Shown: piece after piece, positions 53,570 through 64,000 of the stretch
Layout: each line of letters opens with the position of its first letter
Numbering within the stretch: position 1 is the first letter of the stretch
The notes under the pieces: generated by a model
The model's database searches: none
What the model saw: the letters and a program-made list of their open reading frames with translations, nothing else
Told to the model about the DNA's origin: nothing
NCBI GenBank assembly: GCA_002189035.1
Contig: NEEC01000012.1
Location: 1,054,001 to 1,118,000, forward strand
Length of the DNA stretch: 64,000 nucleotides
Direction of reading: 5' to 3'
Origin: Utricularia gibba
Taxonomy: Eukaryota > Plantae > Magnoliophyta
Position numbers and translations under genes: made by a program

Positions 53570-53660
53570 GTAGGGTCGTTTACAAATGTACCCACTGTCA
53601 AAAACCTAATTTAGAAATATACTTACTGTGTGTTTGTGTGTGAAAAAACTACCCATCTTC
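53570..53660. repeat. Single Mutator-MITE-like TIR related to the 28656-29339 element
   Basis: gggtcgtttacaaatgtacccactgtcaaaaacc...actgtgtgtttgtgtgtg aligns with the MITE left TIR. Partner TIR not found. Confidence 0.6.
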
Positions 53661-53949
53661 ATTTTTTCTTTAATTTTTATTCATTTCAATAACGAAAATT
53701 ATTGTTTGTTAATTCTCTATCAATATAAAAATAATGACTTATAATATTTAACAAAATTATATTTATAAAATATATATATATATAATGGAATAAAATAGAT
53801 ATATTAGTTGAAAATCGAAAAAAATGATATGACCTCAAAAGAAAAATGAAAAATGGATTTTCACCGAACCGATTATATATTATTTTTCTTTTAAATTTAT
53901 ATTATGTATTGAATCTTTATATGTTATTTATATCGAATGTTATTTTTTA

Positions 53950-56358
53950 TTTCAAGAAAAAAAAATACATTTTAAGGATAGTTTGTCTTCATCAAAAAAA
54001 AGCTCAATAGTTCCCCTTTTCATGTTGATTATAGCATTTGAGGTGCTCAAAAATGGTCTATCAAAGATAATAGTACTGTTCTTTGATCCTCCAATGGTCA
54101 TGTTCACCACATAAAAATCAGCTGGGAATACGAAATGCTCAATTTTCACTAGAACATCCTCAACCAAGCCTTTGGGTGAGATTGCTCTCCTATCAGCTAG
54201 CTCAATTTGCATGCTCAATACTTGTAAAGGTTCTAACCTAAGTGTCTCATAAACATAATTCGACATGATATTTATAGAAGCTCCCAAGTCTGCCATAGCT
54301 CTCTTGATGCACAAATTTTCTATTTCTCATAGGATAAAAAACATACCCAGATCCTTGCGCTTATTGGGTAATTTTCATGTTAAAAGTGCTAAGTAGCTTT
54401 CACTCAATTTCAACTTCTCCTTCTCTTTTAGCTTGGGCTTAGACATACACAGCTGTTTCAAATATTTGACACTCTTTGGCACAAGATCAATATACTCCAA
54501 GAGAGTTAAATTCAATTGAGTGTTTCCCAATGCTTTCACCATTTTTTCCTTCTCAATTTGCTCTTTTTTCAGCTTCAGCGTCCCTAGAAAAGGAGGTTGG
54601 GTCACCTTCACCGTGACAAGTTCTGGAAGTACCTTCACTTCATCCTCACTCTATTTAACAACTTCGTACTCTTTTGTCTCATTTCCCTTAATCTCAATCT
54701 TGACTGGTTCTCATCTAGGCTCCTCTTTTCTACTTCTAAGTGTCCTAGCACTGATGTTCAGCCCTCCACTAGACTGGGTTTGGGTTGGGTTGAGATTGCA
54801 AGCTCCCTTTTTATTTAAGGTCTCCAACCTCTTCCGCCAACTGACTCACTTGGACCTCCAAATTCTAGATTACTTGTTGATTTTCAGATTGATTTTTAAT
54901 TGATTGCAGCATGAATGTCTTCAACATCTCTTCTAATGAATTTCTAGAATTCACTCCAGCATTTCCTTCAATTGAAGCTTAGAAAGGCAGCTGGTTCTAT
55001 TGATTTTGCCTTCAAAATGGAGGCACCTAATAAGATCTTTGATCCTGAAAATTTTGCTGCCCTATTGTTGAGCTCTCTCCCTTGTAAGAATTTTCATTAT
55101 TGCTCCAACAAAAATTTGGATGATCCCTCTAGCTTGGATTGTTTGCATTTGAATATGGATCATATTTCTTCCTTTTCTAGGGCTCCAAATATCCATAGCT
55201 CTGACATGCTCCTCTTCAAATAAATTTGGGCACTTGTCTACGATATGCCTTATTCTATGATAGTTTCTGTACAGCATGTTCTTGGTTTAGAATAAGAACA
55301 ACTCCTTCATCATTTCAGACATAGTAGCAACATTTTTCGTGAGTTCATTCTCTGAAACCTTAGGCTTACTCTTCACTTCATACATTCTCTTGTTTGAGGC
55401 TTGCTTCCTGATAATATATCTTGAATGCTCAGCCAATTCCTCAAGCAAGGAAAAAGCTTCTGTTGTTGTCTTTTTCCTTAAAAATCTTCCCACTACCAAA
55501 TCTACCATGGCTCATTAGTGCACAAGAGTCCATCTTAGAAATATTTCACCAAGGCATTGGTCTGAAAACCATGGTATGGGTAGGATCCCAAAAGATGATT
55601 AACTCTTTTCCAATATTTGTGCAATGATTCTCCACTCATTTTTTTAACATCGCTAATATCTTTTCTTATCCCTTCAGCCTTGGAAGCTAGAAAATATTTG
55701 CTCAAAAACACCTTCTTCATTCCAACCCAATCGGTTAGGCTTCTAGGCCTTAGTGAATTGAACCACGTTTTAGCTCCTCCTTCCAAAGTAAACTGGAAGG
55801 CTCTTAAACAGATTGAATCTTCAGTCTTTCCAGCTCCCTTGAATCATGTGCATACTGTTGTCACGTTATTTAGATGCTCATAGGGGTTCTCTCCTATTTT
55901 CCGATAGAACTTGTTCAAAAAATTGATCATTGTTGGTTTCAACCCATCCTCGGGAAATCTGATGCATAGACCCCTATAAGTGTGATCAACAGCATCTAGT
56001 TCGTTCAAAGTCTTCTCAGATTTAGCCATTCTGAAATCATTGTTGGTCTTGGGTGGGACCTGTCTCAATCTGCTCGCTTCCCTAACTCTTATCTTGTTCT
56101 TACTGATAGTTCTCTCAATTTTTAGGTAGAAAACAAGATTACCTACGCTAGAAGAACGTAAATGCATCAACTAAAAACACAAAACAATTAACCATCGCTC
56201 CCCGACAACGGCGCCAATTTGATATACGGAAAATTCTTATTATCGTTGCAATAAAAATAAAATTCCATATTAAATAAATTTGTAGTGCCTAATCCTTACA
56301 AAATATAAATTAAACCCAACATGTAAAGTGGAATTTCAAATCGATCACAAGGAGCTTT
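53950..56358 (-). mobile_element. Truncated Athila-like element X (LTR 3' end, PBS, gag, protease)
   Basis: LTR remnant 56220-56358, PBS TGGCGCCGTTGTCGGGGA 56199-56216, gag 55290-56170, and protease AMADLGASINIM...ELADR...GLVEDVLVKI...FPADFYV (53952-54314). Cut off before RT. Confidence 0.9.
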
Positions 56359-59169
56359 TCTCTGGAAAATCTCCCTTGTTTTCCCCTTTGGTTCAGTATT
56401 TGTCGTGTTGGAGAAGGAGAAGCGAATCCCCTCGTGTGTGTGTTGTTGAAGCTGTTTGAGCCCCCTTGCGATTCTCTCTCCTCCCGATTTTCTCTCCTCT
56501 CTCACTTCCCCAAGCAAGTACAATCTTTGATAGCTCTGTTGCTCCTACCCCTAACTTGCAGATTGCCGCCACGACAGTATACTTATTGCTCCATGCTCCT
56601 CTTGTTGCATGGTGACTTGCACGAAATCTTTGTTTCTTCCCTGATACTGAGACTTGCTACTGGACTCAAAATTGAATTCTCTAAAATAATCTCTTCATCC
56701 ATGTCATCAACTCTATCTATCCACCTTATTCATGAACTCTGGGTTAGGGTCCGGTAGATCGTTCCCACTTCTTAAAGATATTGCATTGATGTTCTCCAGG
56801 TTCTTCATTGGTTAAGATGGCATTGCTCCTTGCATCTCCAGTCGGTTCATAGCCTCCATGAGTTGGGTGAATTGAGTTTGTAAGCTTGTAATTCATCCAT
56901 CCATTTCTTTTAGCGCGGCATGCATTGTGGTAGTGGTCTCGGCAAGGAACTTCATCATGGACTCCAGATTATGATTTAACTGATAAGGAACAAGAGCTTG
57001 ATCTAGAACTCCAGTGATTTGAAAAGTTTGAGGCGAAGCAGTGAGAGTTTTTTGAGAAATACCAGAAGGGTTTCCTAGTGATGGGGCTTGACTAGGAGGC
57101 CATTGATTGTCGCTAGCAGAAACCAGGGTGATCTATTCTCGGCATCTTGTAGTTTTCGTAGTTGTAAGCTCCTTCATGGTTCCCATAGAATGCATTAACC
57201 TCTTCTACTAGCATCTCATGTATCATCGGTCTTGGATCAGAATGATGAGAGGTTGATGATCCTTAATACCTTCCTTGTTGTTGGAGAAGTGATTGGAAGC
57301 CAAGGTTTTAGGTATCACTAATAGCACCAAGCTGAGCTAAAACTTTAGAATTTTCCACTTCGTGCACTGATTTAATAGGCTGAGAAATTCCTCCAAATAA
57401 TCGGTATGAGTGGTCATATCGGCTGGAAGTAGAATAAGAATTAGCAGCCATTTGTTCTATCAATCTTCAGGCATTAGCGGTGTGGCGGTTCTCTAATAAT
57501 GACATATTACAAGCAGCATCCATTTTTCTTCTAATCATGGGGGTCATTCCTTCGGAAAAATGTTGCAAAATTTGACCTTCAGTAAGTCGATGCTGTGGCT
57601 AAGTGTTGCAGATCTGGTTGAATCCGTCATAATATTCACGTAGATTTCTCCTTCCCTTTGTAGCATGGTGGCTAAAACTCTTCTTTTGGTGGAGGCTCTT
57701 CCTAAGGGTGCATATCGATCAAGAAAATTCTGAACCATTTGCTCCCAGGTACCAATAGAGGATGGTGGCATTCCATACAACCACTCCAGGGCTTGCTTAG
57801 TGAGACTAAAATGGAAGAGTTGCAGCATGACTTGGTTCTCTGTTGCATGTTTTGGATGCATGGATGCACAAGCCGTGTGCAACTCTCTAAGATGACAATT
57901 TGGTCTTTATTCTCTCTTCCAATGAACTTAGGAAGTGTCTGAAACAAATATAGTCATAGCTCAAAGTCCTCTTCTACATTAAAGACGATGCAAAGTGGTC
58001 AATCAACATGGTTGGCAATGATTTCTTCTTTTATGGTCCTTAGTACTAGGTCATGATTAGTGATCGGCAAAATTGGAAAAATTTGAGGATGATGTTTCTC
58101 CTGTTCTCCATGAACTATAGGGACTCTAGTAGGTGGTTGATCAGCCATTTCTTCACTATTAGATGAATTAGAAATTAATTCTTGCTTTTTCTCTAGAAAT
58201 GTGGCTCAATCCCCAGATCTAAGGGGCACAAGATTTTTTGAGAGGATCTCAAGCTTCAGTGGCCATTTGGTGGAGCTCAATGCATAAAAACAGAATAAAA
58301 CAATAGCAAAACAGAAACAAAAGAAAAACAAAAAGAAAGAATGGAAAAGAAAAGAAATAAAAAACTATACAAAACACTAAATACAAAAATATACAAGTCC
58401 CCGCCAACGGTGCAAAAATTTTTTTGCATGTCATTTCCTCAACAAATTTTCATTTAGAAATCTTGAGATGGTGCTCTTCACCTTGCTCTACATCAAAATC
58501 TATGAGGAGTGGCTTGCTACTCACGGACCATTACTATGAGACGTTACAGAAAGATTGCAACAAGACACATGGAAGTATACAAAATCCAGAAAAATTTCAG
58601 TAATGAGTCGAAATAAATGCTCAAGACTTGGAAGAAAACTTCATCTATTCCCAAAGACTACAAGAGTTTAGCCATAAATGGCTATGAAAATAGAAATGAA
58701 ATGGAAAACTAAGTGTTCTTCCTCCCTTGATAGAGAGGAAGATTCCAAAAGTTCTAATTCTAAGAACAAAGTGTCAAAAGTCTCCAAAACAAATGTTCTT
58801 AGTTGGTTTTAATTCACTCCCAATGTACATTAACTTTTTCTACTCTCTTCCCATCATTCTTTTTGTCTTGTGTGTGCCACTAGCTTTCCCATGTATGCAA
58901 ATAAGCACCCAATCATTGATACAAACTCCGACATGCCATAAATAAGGGGTCCTAACTAATGTAAGTCTTCCGCCCACAATTGACTAAAGTCATGTGTAAG
59001 GCGTGAAATGTCAAAGTCTGGTCTCTTACAAGTCTCCTACAACACTCCAAGCCTATCTCCTGATATTTTGGATGAAAGTGTACTTAAAAATATGGCTCCC
59101 AATTTGGCAACTTGATACTAGATTAATATATAATAATACATAATAATAACTAAAAAAAGACACTTAACA
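56359..59169 (-). mobile_element. Truncated Athila-like element Y (family C LTR, PBS, gag)
   Basis: LTR ~58430-59169 (TGTTAAGTG start), degenerate Asp-type PBS 58398-58415, gag LQLFHFSLTKQALEWLYGMPPSSIGTWEQMVQNFLDRY (57544-57882), and ENINAISLRSG-like segment (~56780). Confidence 0.85.
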
Positions 59170-59399
59170 AAATTGTTGAGATTGTTCGTGATGTGATACT
59201 TCAGTCTCTTTTAGTGAATCTCTTAACTGTTGTTGGTTTGCTTCTAATATACACAAGTGGATTTACTGATGTTCACTAGAGTTATGAGGATTCAGCTATG
59301 AGGTTAGGAGATGTTTTAGTTGCTGCTTGAAGCATTTGTCACTAGATATGGGAAGTAAATCAGCAAAATCCAAAAGCTGGTTGCATGCGTGAGTCTTTT

Positions 59400-60350
59400 T
59401 GATAAACGAAAATTTAGATATCATTGCAATAAAATTAAATTCTAATATCAAATAAATTTGTAACCCTTAATTTTCACAAAATATAAATTTAGCACAACTT
59501 GTCTAGTGCATTTCAACATCAATCCTATGGAGCAAGTTTCGGGTATGTATCTTAGAAGATGCAGAATTACGGAATGACTTACTCTTAGTCTTACGTCAAA
59601 CTAACATTAAAAAACATGACAAGTAATTCAAATCAAATAACAATGTAGAAGGTAGATAAATTTGAGTCTTGTACAAAGAGAGATGGGATGTCTCATGGAA
59701 CTCAAGTAGTATGGTAAACAAATTCTTAATTCTTTCATGCAATTTCAAACTTTCATAACTCCAAATAATAATACTCCCTAGTATTCCAACCCATTTAACA
59801 CATCAATCTACCAATTTGAAACACATATAACTAGATCTATCTAATTCTACTCGTTTTACCAAAGAGTAACACATAATAGGCATGTCTCAACTCTTTGATC
59901 TAACTTAAAGTTCAGGGACTAAGTTACACAGTTGGTTTATCTATATCTTAGGTCTCCCCAAGGCATATTAGTACAGACATTAATTGTGAGAAGATTACAA
60001 TTAAAATATACATTCATCCCACAACATCTCGGTTACCCTAAGGCATCTCCTAGGTTTAGCCACTCATAATTGGTGCACTAAGCATGCCTATTTTAAGGAT
60101 GAATTGAAAATGTCATCACAACCATTGTAAGAAAACAATAACAAAATTAAAATAAATTTTTATTTTAGCAAAATAAAAATGAGATCAAAATAAAATATAT
60201 TTTATACTTCCATTTGCTACTATCCACTGCTTGGAATAATACCCCTAAACTTGGTGTCGATGGTTGATCTTCAACTATGAGGTTCTTCTTCAATCAAAAT
60301 CATCTTCTTCCTCCTTCCCCCATGTTTTTTTCGTGTCAAAAAACTCCCTC
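59400..60350 (-). repeat. 5'-truncated Athila-like LTR (family A related)
   Basis: Plus-strand TGATAAACG... at 59400 is the reverse complement of the conserved LTR 3' block. The atgagtggctaaacctaggagatgcc motif lies at ~60045-60070 on the minus strand. Confidence 0.75.
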
Positions 60351-60359
60351 TACAGCCCT

Positions 60360-61710
60360 TCCATAAAAGATGAATCTCTTTTATGATCCATGTGCTTGTA
60401 GGAGTATGGAAATATGGCATTGTCAACCTATTGGAGAACCATTAGAGTATAATTTATACTAAAAAAAATAAAATTTAACTTATGAAATTTTTAACTCAAA
60501 TTATTACCCGATTTCTTGTCGACTTGTATGGTGAATCATCTACCAACAAGGTGTTACCATGCATATACCGGCCATGAAAAGCATCATCCTCCCATATTTT
60601 TCGAAACTCTTTCAGCAAAACCATACTTGTCAGCTTCTTGAGGACTCTAAGAGTTGTGGTGGTGCATTTCGTTCCATCCCATATGAATGCCAAATTTGAC
60701 ATCTTTTCGCCAAACATCCAGTTAATGACTTGGTTTAGTTGTGCACTATTACAAAAAAAATAACATGTAAAACATAGATATAAAAAAGATAATATAATAT
60801 TTTGTATGTTACCCCCACGTGAGGACCATCATGCAACATCAAAATGCTGCATACACAATTCCAAAAACTCCTTAACATTTGGTCTTAGAAACACAGAAAA
60901 TATAACATATGAAATAAAGTCAAGTCAACAAATTAGGAAGTAACTATATGTTGCAAATGTGTCAAATACTAAATAAATACCACACCTAATCGCCCATAAA
61001 TCCATTTATCAAGATGCCCTTTGATGGTTGATGATGAATGAAAAAGAATATCAGCAAAAATGCCATTGACGTTGAATACAATCAAAGTCCGCATTGTTGG
61101 AATATGACTACTTGATTCGTAGAAAGAAGGCCATTTAGATTGATAGCACTTTAGTTGTTGCTTCAATGCTTCATTTTCAGCTGCCAAATCATTTGTTTCA
61201 TTATCAACCGCCACATCTTCATGTAAATTATCAGCATCATTTCCACTTTGATCATCCACATCATCATCCTTCTTTGTAATCCTTTTTTCCCACACCAAAA
61301 CTTGGCCGTGTCCCAAACTCTAAAGATAGGAGATAGGATTGTAGTCAATGATCTAGTCTGCCTTTTAAAGAAAGCAATGAAGTCATCAACGACATCCCTG
61401 GGTAACATCTTAATGCATAAAATACCTTGTGGTTTTCCAATAAATGAGAATTTGGAAGTATGCGTGGGAAATCATTTGGTAAATCTTCAGAAGGAGAAAC
61501 CCATACAAAACTTGTCCACCAACTATCGTAGCCACTTTGTAGACCTTTCACTAATTTGATTGTAGACTTACCCTTTATCACATAATTTGGTGAATCTTTT
61601 ATTCTACTACACATGCTCATAGAAAAGAAAATAGGCAATTCTAGGGGAATGCTTTTCTCACAAGCAATGTAAACCCATGCCAATATATGTGACACTGACT
61701 TAGGAGTCAA
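60360..61710 (-). pseudogene. Spliced pseudogene: DUF1985-like (MULE-associated) region, acidic linker/coiled coil, and FCP1/NIF (HAD) phosphatase-like domain
   Basis: RTLIVFNVNGIFADI (~61080), FLRPNVKEFLELCMQHFDVA*WSSR (~60815-60880), LAFIWDGTKCT...LLKEFRKIWE...NTLLVDDSPYK (60496-60717) and AIFPYSY (~60410) match the plant FCP1-homology family. Upstream ILAWVY...PRIL segment resembles DUF1985 (weaker call). GT-AG junctions visible; in-frame TGA at 60829-60831. Confidence 0.75.
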
Positions 61711-61797
61711 ATGTTAAAATGGAATTTGAAGGCATGTCAAAACTTATAACATAAATGTTACCACTGGCACACGCAAGCCACATCTAAGATGCTCAGT

Positions 61798-62944
61798 TGA
61801 TAAACAAAAAATTTACACGTCATAAATGTAAATCTTCCAATCAAATAAATTTATAACCTAATACACATTCTAGCATAAAACAATTATGAGCATAGTGATT
61901 AGGGTTAAACACGAAGAGCATGTGCTTGCTATGTGAAAGTTAATGCATGAAATCTATATCACGTTGGTAAAATTGGTTTTAGCTAGGACTAAGACAGAAC
62001 TAAAACGAAATACAATAAAGAAAAGTAATAAGTTCTAGGGTTCGGTTGTTTCTAGAATGGAATGGGTGATGCCTTGGGACTCCTAGGGGATGTATGCTCA
62101 TCACTAAACAAACTCACACAATCCACAAATCATACAACTAACTCACAAGATCTAGGTCTACCCGAATTCTTGTTTTTCCCCCTAATCTTTGGTCTACCTC
62201 TGATTAGGGTTGTTAAGTTGGGTTTCACTACTTCCCCCTCCTAGATCTATCCTGGTTTGTTAAGGAAGTGGCGTGACTCATGGGTGTTTAGATCTAAAGG
62301 TTGAATAACATGTTTCTTCTCTTTTTACCCCAAAGCACCCCCCTAAGTACTTAACCACTCATGTTTAAGGTAAACGAAAGTGGAAAAGAAAACATCACAC
62401 ACAGTGTGCTCATTTCATAGTTAAAGAAAAGCAAGTAATGTGAAGTGTCAACAAAAACTGAAAAACGTCACTAGCTACTCTTAGCTAGGATTAATATTCT
62501 TAGAAGACAGAAATTAATCTTAAACTTCAGCTTCGTTCCTCTTTGTCTTCCTTCTTCTTCCTCCCCAGAAACCTTCTCTCCAGAAAATGTGTTCGTGAGT
62601 CTCCAAGGGGAGATCTGTCTTCTCTCTCATCTTCCCTCCTTTTTTGTCCAAAATCTCCCTTTTTCACCTCCTTGGACTTTGTGTGTACTCTTTTTCAGAC
62701 TACTATCACCTTCTCTACCACCAAACTGTTCATATTCGGCTCCTTGGGATTTGTGTTGTGACCTATGCTGCATTGCTTGAAGGGAACTGTTAGAAGGTTG
62801 GGACTAAATCGCACAACTAAGACTAAAAGTGCAGTTGTACGGTACTTATGTGCAAAAATATAGAAACAGGCAATTAAGCTAAATCTTTGTAGCACAAAAT
62901 GAGTGAATTCCATGCATTGAGCCACTCAAAAACATCTGTTATCA
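61798..62944 (-). mobile_element. Athila-like solo LTR (family B)
   Basis: Plus TGATAAAC...GTTATCA, 1147 bp, exact TSD TCAGT (61793-61797 and 62945-62949). Reverse complement aligns with 42997-44119 and 47509-48662. Confidence 0.93.
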
Positions 62945-63119
62945 TCAGTGCTAATAGCAAAACCCCTAGCACCAACACATTCTGGAATATCACCAACGAT
63001 CTCTTCATCATCTTCCTTTTCCCACAATTGATATTCTTCAGAAATATTGAATCGAAGTCTCAACTTTTTTGATGTGTTCACCTCTGCATAAAGAACAATG
63101 AAAATGAATACTTTCTAAT

Positions 63120-63340
63120 CCATAAACTGCAATGAAAGCATTTTAGGGACTAAAATTTCATAATAAAATAAAATTCGCATAATTTCATAGCCACACACTG
63201 CAATGAAAGTATCAAAGTAACTAAAATTTCACAATAAAATAAACTTCATATAATTTCATAGCCACACATCGCAATGAAAGCATTACAGTGACCATAATTT
63301 CAAAATGAAAAAGAATGGCGATACTTTCAGAGCGACACAT
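63120..63340 (+). repeat. 71-bp tandem repeat, ~3 copies (probably MULE internal/subterminal)
   Basis: (c/t)(t/c)gcaatgaaag...aaaatttca...aatttcatagccacaca at 63127, 63198 and 63269. Confidence 0.85.
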
Positions 63341-64000
63341 TATAGTCAACACATTAGGATGACTATAATTTCAAAAACAAAGAAAGCAATCCATTCTTTT
63401 CAGATTCATGCACAACATTGATCAATACATTGATAAAAATTTTCAGATAAAACAAATGTTGAATGATTTCAGATCCTCTTGAAATAGAGTACACAATGCT
63501 ATGACCTGAAGCTATAAAAAAAAGTAAACAAAAATTGCACATAAAGCATACCTGTTATACATGAAAAAACCTTTGAAATTTGCAGATAAATGGTGGTGTA
63601 AGAAAGAAGAGTAGAATTAGAATAGTGTAAATGAATTTTTAAAATAATAATTTTTTTTGTAAAATATTATTTAATAAATTCAGGAAAATATCTAGGGTTT
63701 AGGGTAAACCTCATTTACCCTAAACCCTTAACGCTATAAATCCATTTGATTAATGCTTTAAAGATGAGATTAAAAACTATGATCATATATTGAACATACT
63801 TATGAATTACATATGATTTCCAACTTATTACAATTTTTTTACATACATGATTGATATTCAAAAGAATGTGAAATGAATGTGTATGTAGTGTTTTAGATAT
63901 AGTAATAAGAATGTATTCCATTGTGAAGAATTATTCGAATTTTATTTTTTTTACTCGAAAAACAGTAAAAGTATATACATACTCTCTATTGTATCATACA

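Noticed and set aside
1-64000. rRNA, tRNA or other structural RNA genes
   Set aside because: None recognised; the only tRNA-related sequences are 12-18 nt primer-binding sites.

Overview
AT-rich plant (eudicot-like) nuclear DNA. One apparently intact gene is visible: a three-exon family-1 UDP-glycosyltransferase (UGT86A-like) at 23-1623. The rest is mostly a nested transposon graveyard: a decayed hAT, a Tat/Retand-type Ty3 element lacking its RT core, about a dozen Athila-like LTRs or fragments, a Tekay/Del-like solo LTR, two Copia remnants, MuDR, Harbinger and LINE fragments, and a Mutator-type MITE. Five LTR insertions have exact 5-bp target-site duplications (ATATG, AGAAG, AATGA, AGACC, TCAGT). 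One of them, a ~10-kb Copia with nested cargo, splits the last exon of an isoflavone-reductase/PCBER-like pseudogene (39861-40377 plus 50367-50480). I cannot support a complete new biological system. The best leads are a spliced, MULE-associated-like ORF fused to an FCP1/NIF phosphatase domain (60360-61710), a long spliced antisense ORF in the RT-less Retand element, a PPT-LTR-PBS shared-LTR junction, and a possible eroded UGT plus IFR-like metabolic neighbourhood. All family assignments are by-eye motif recognition; no database searches were run. Coordinates of degenerate fragments are approximate.
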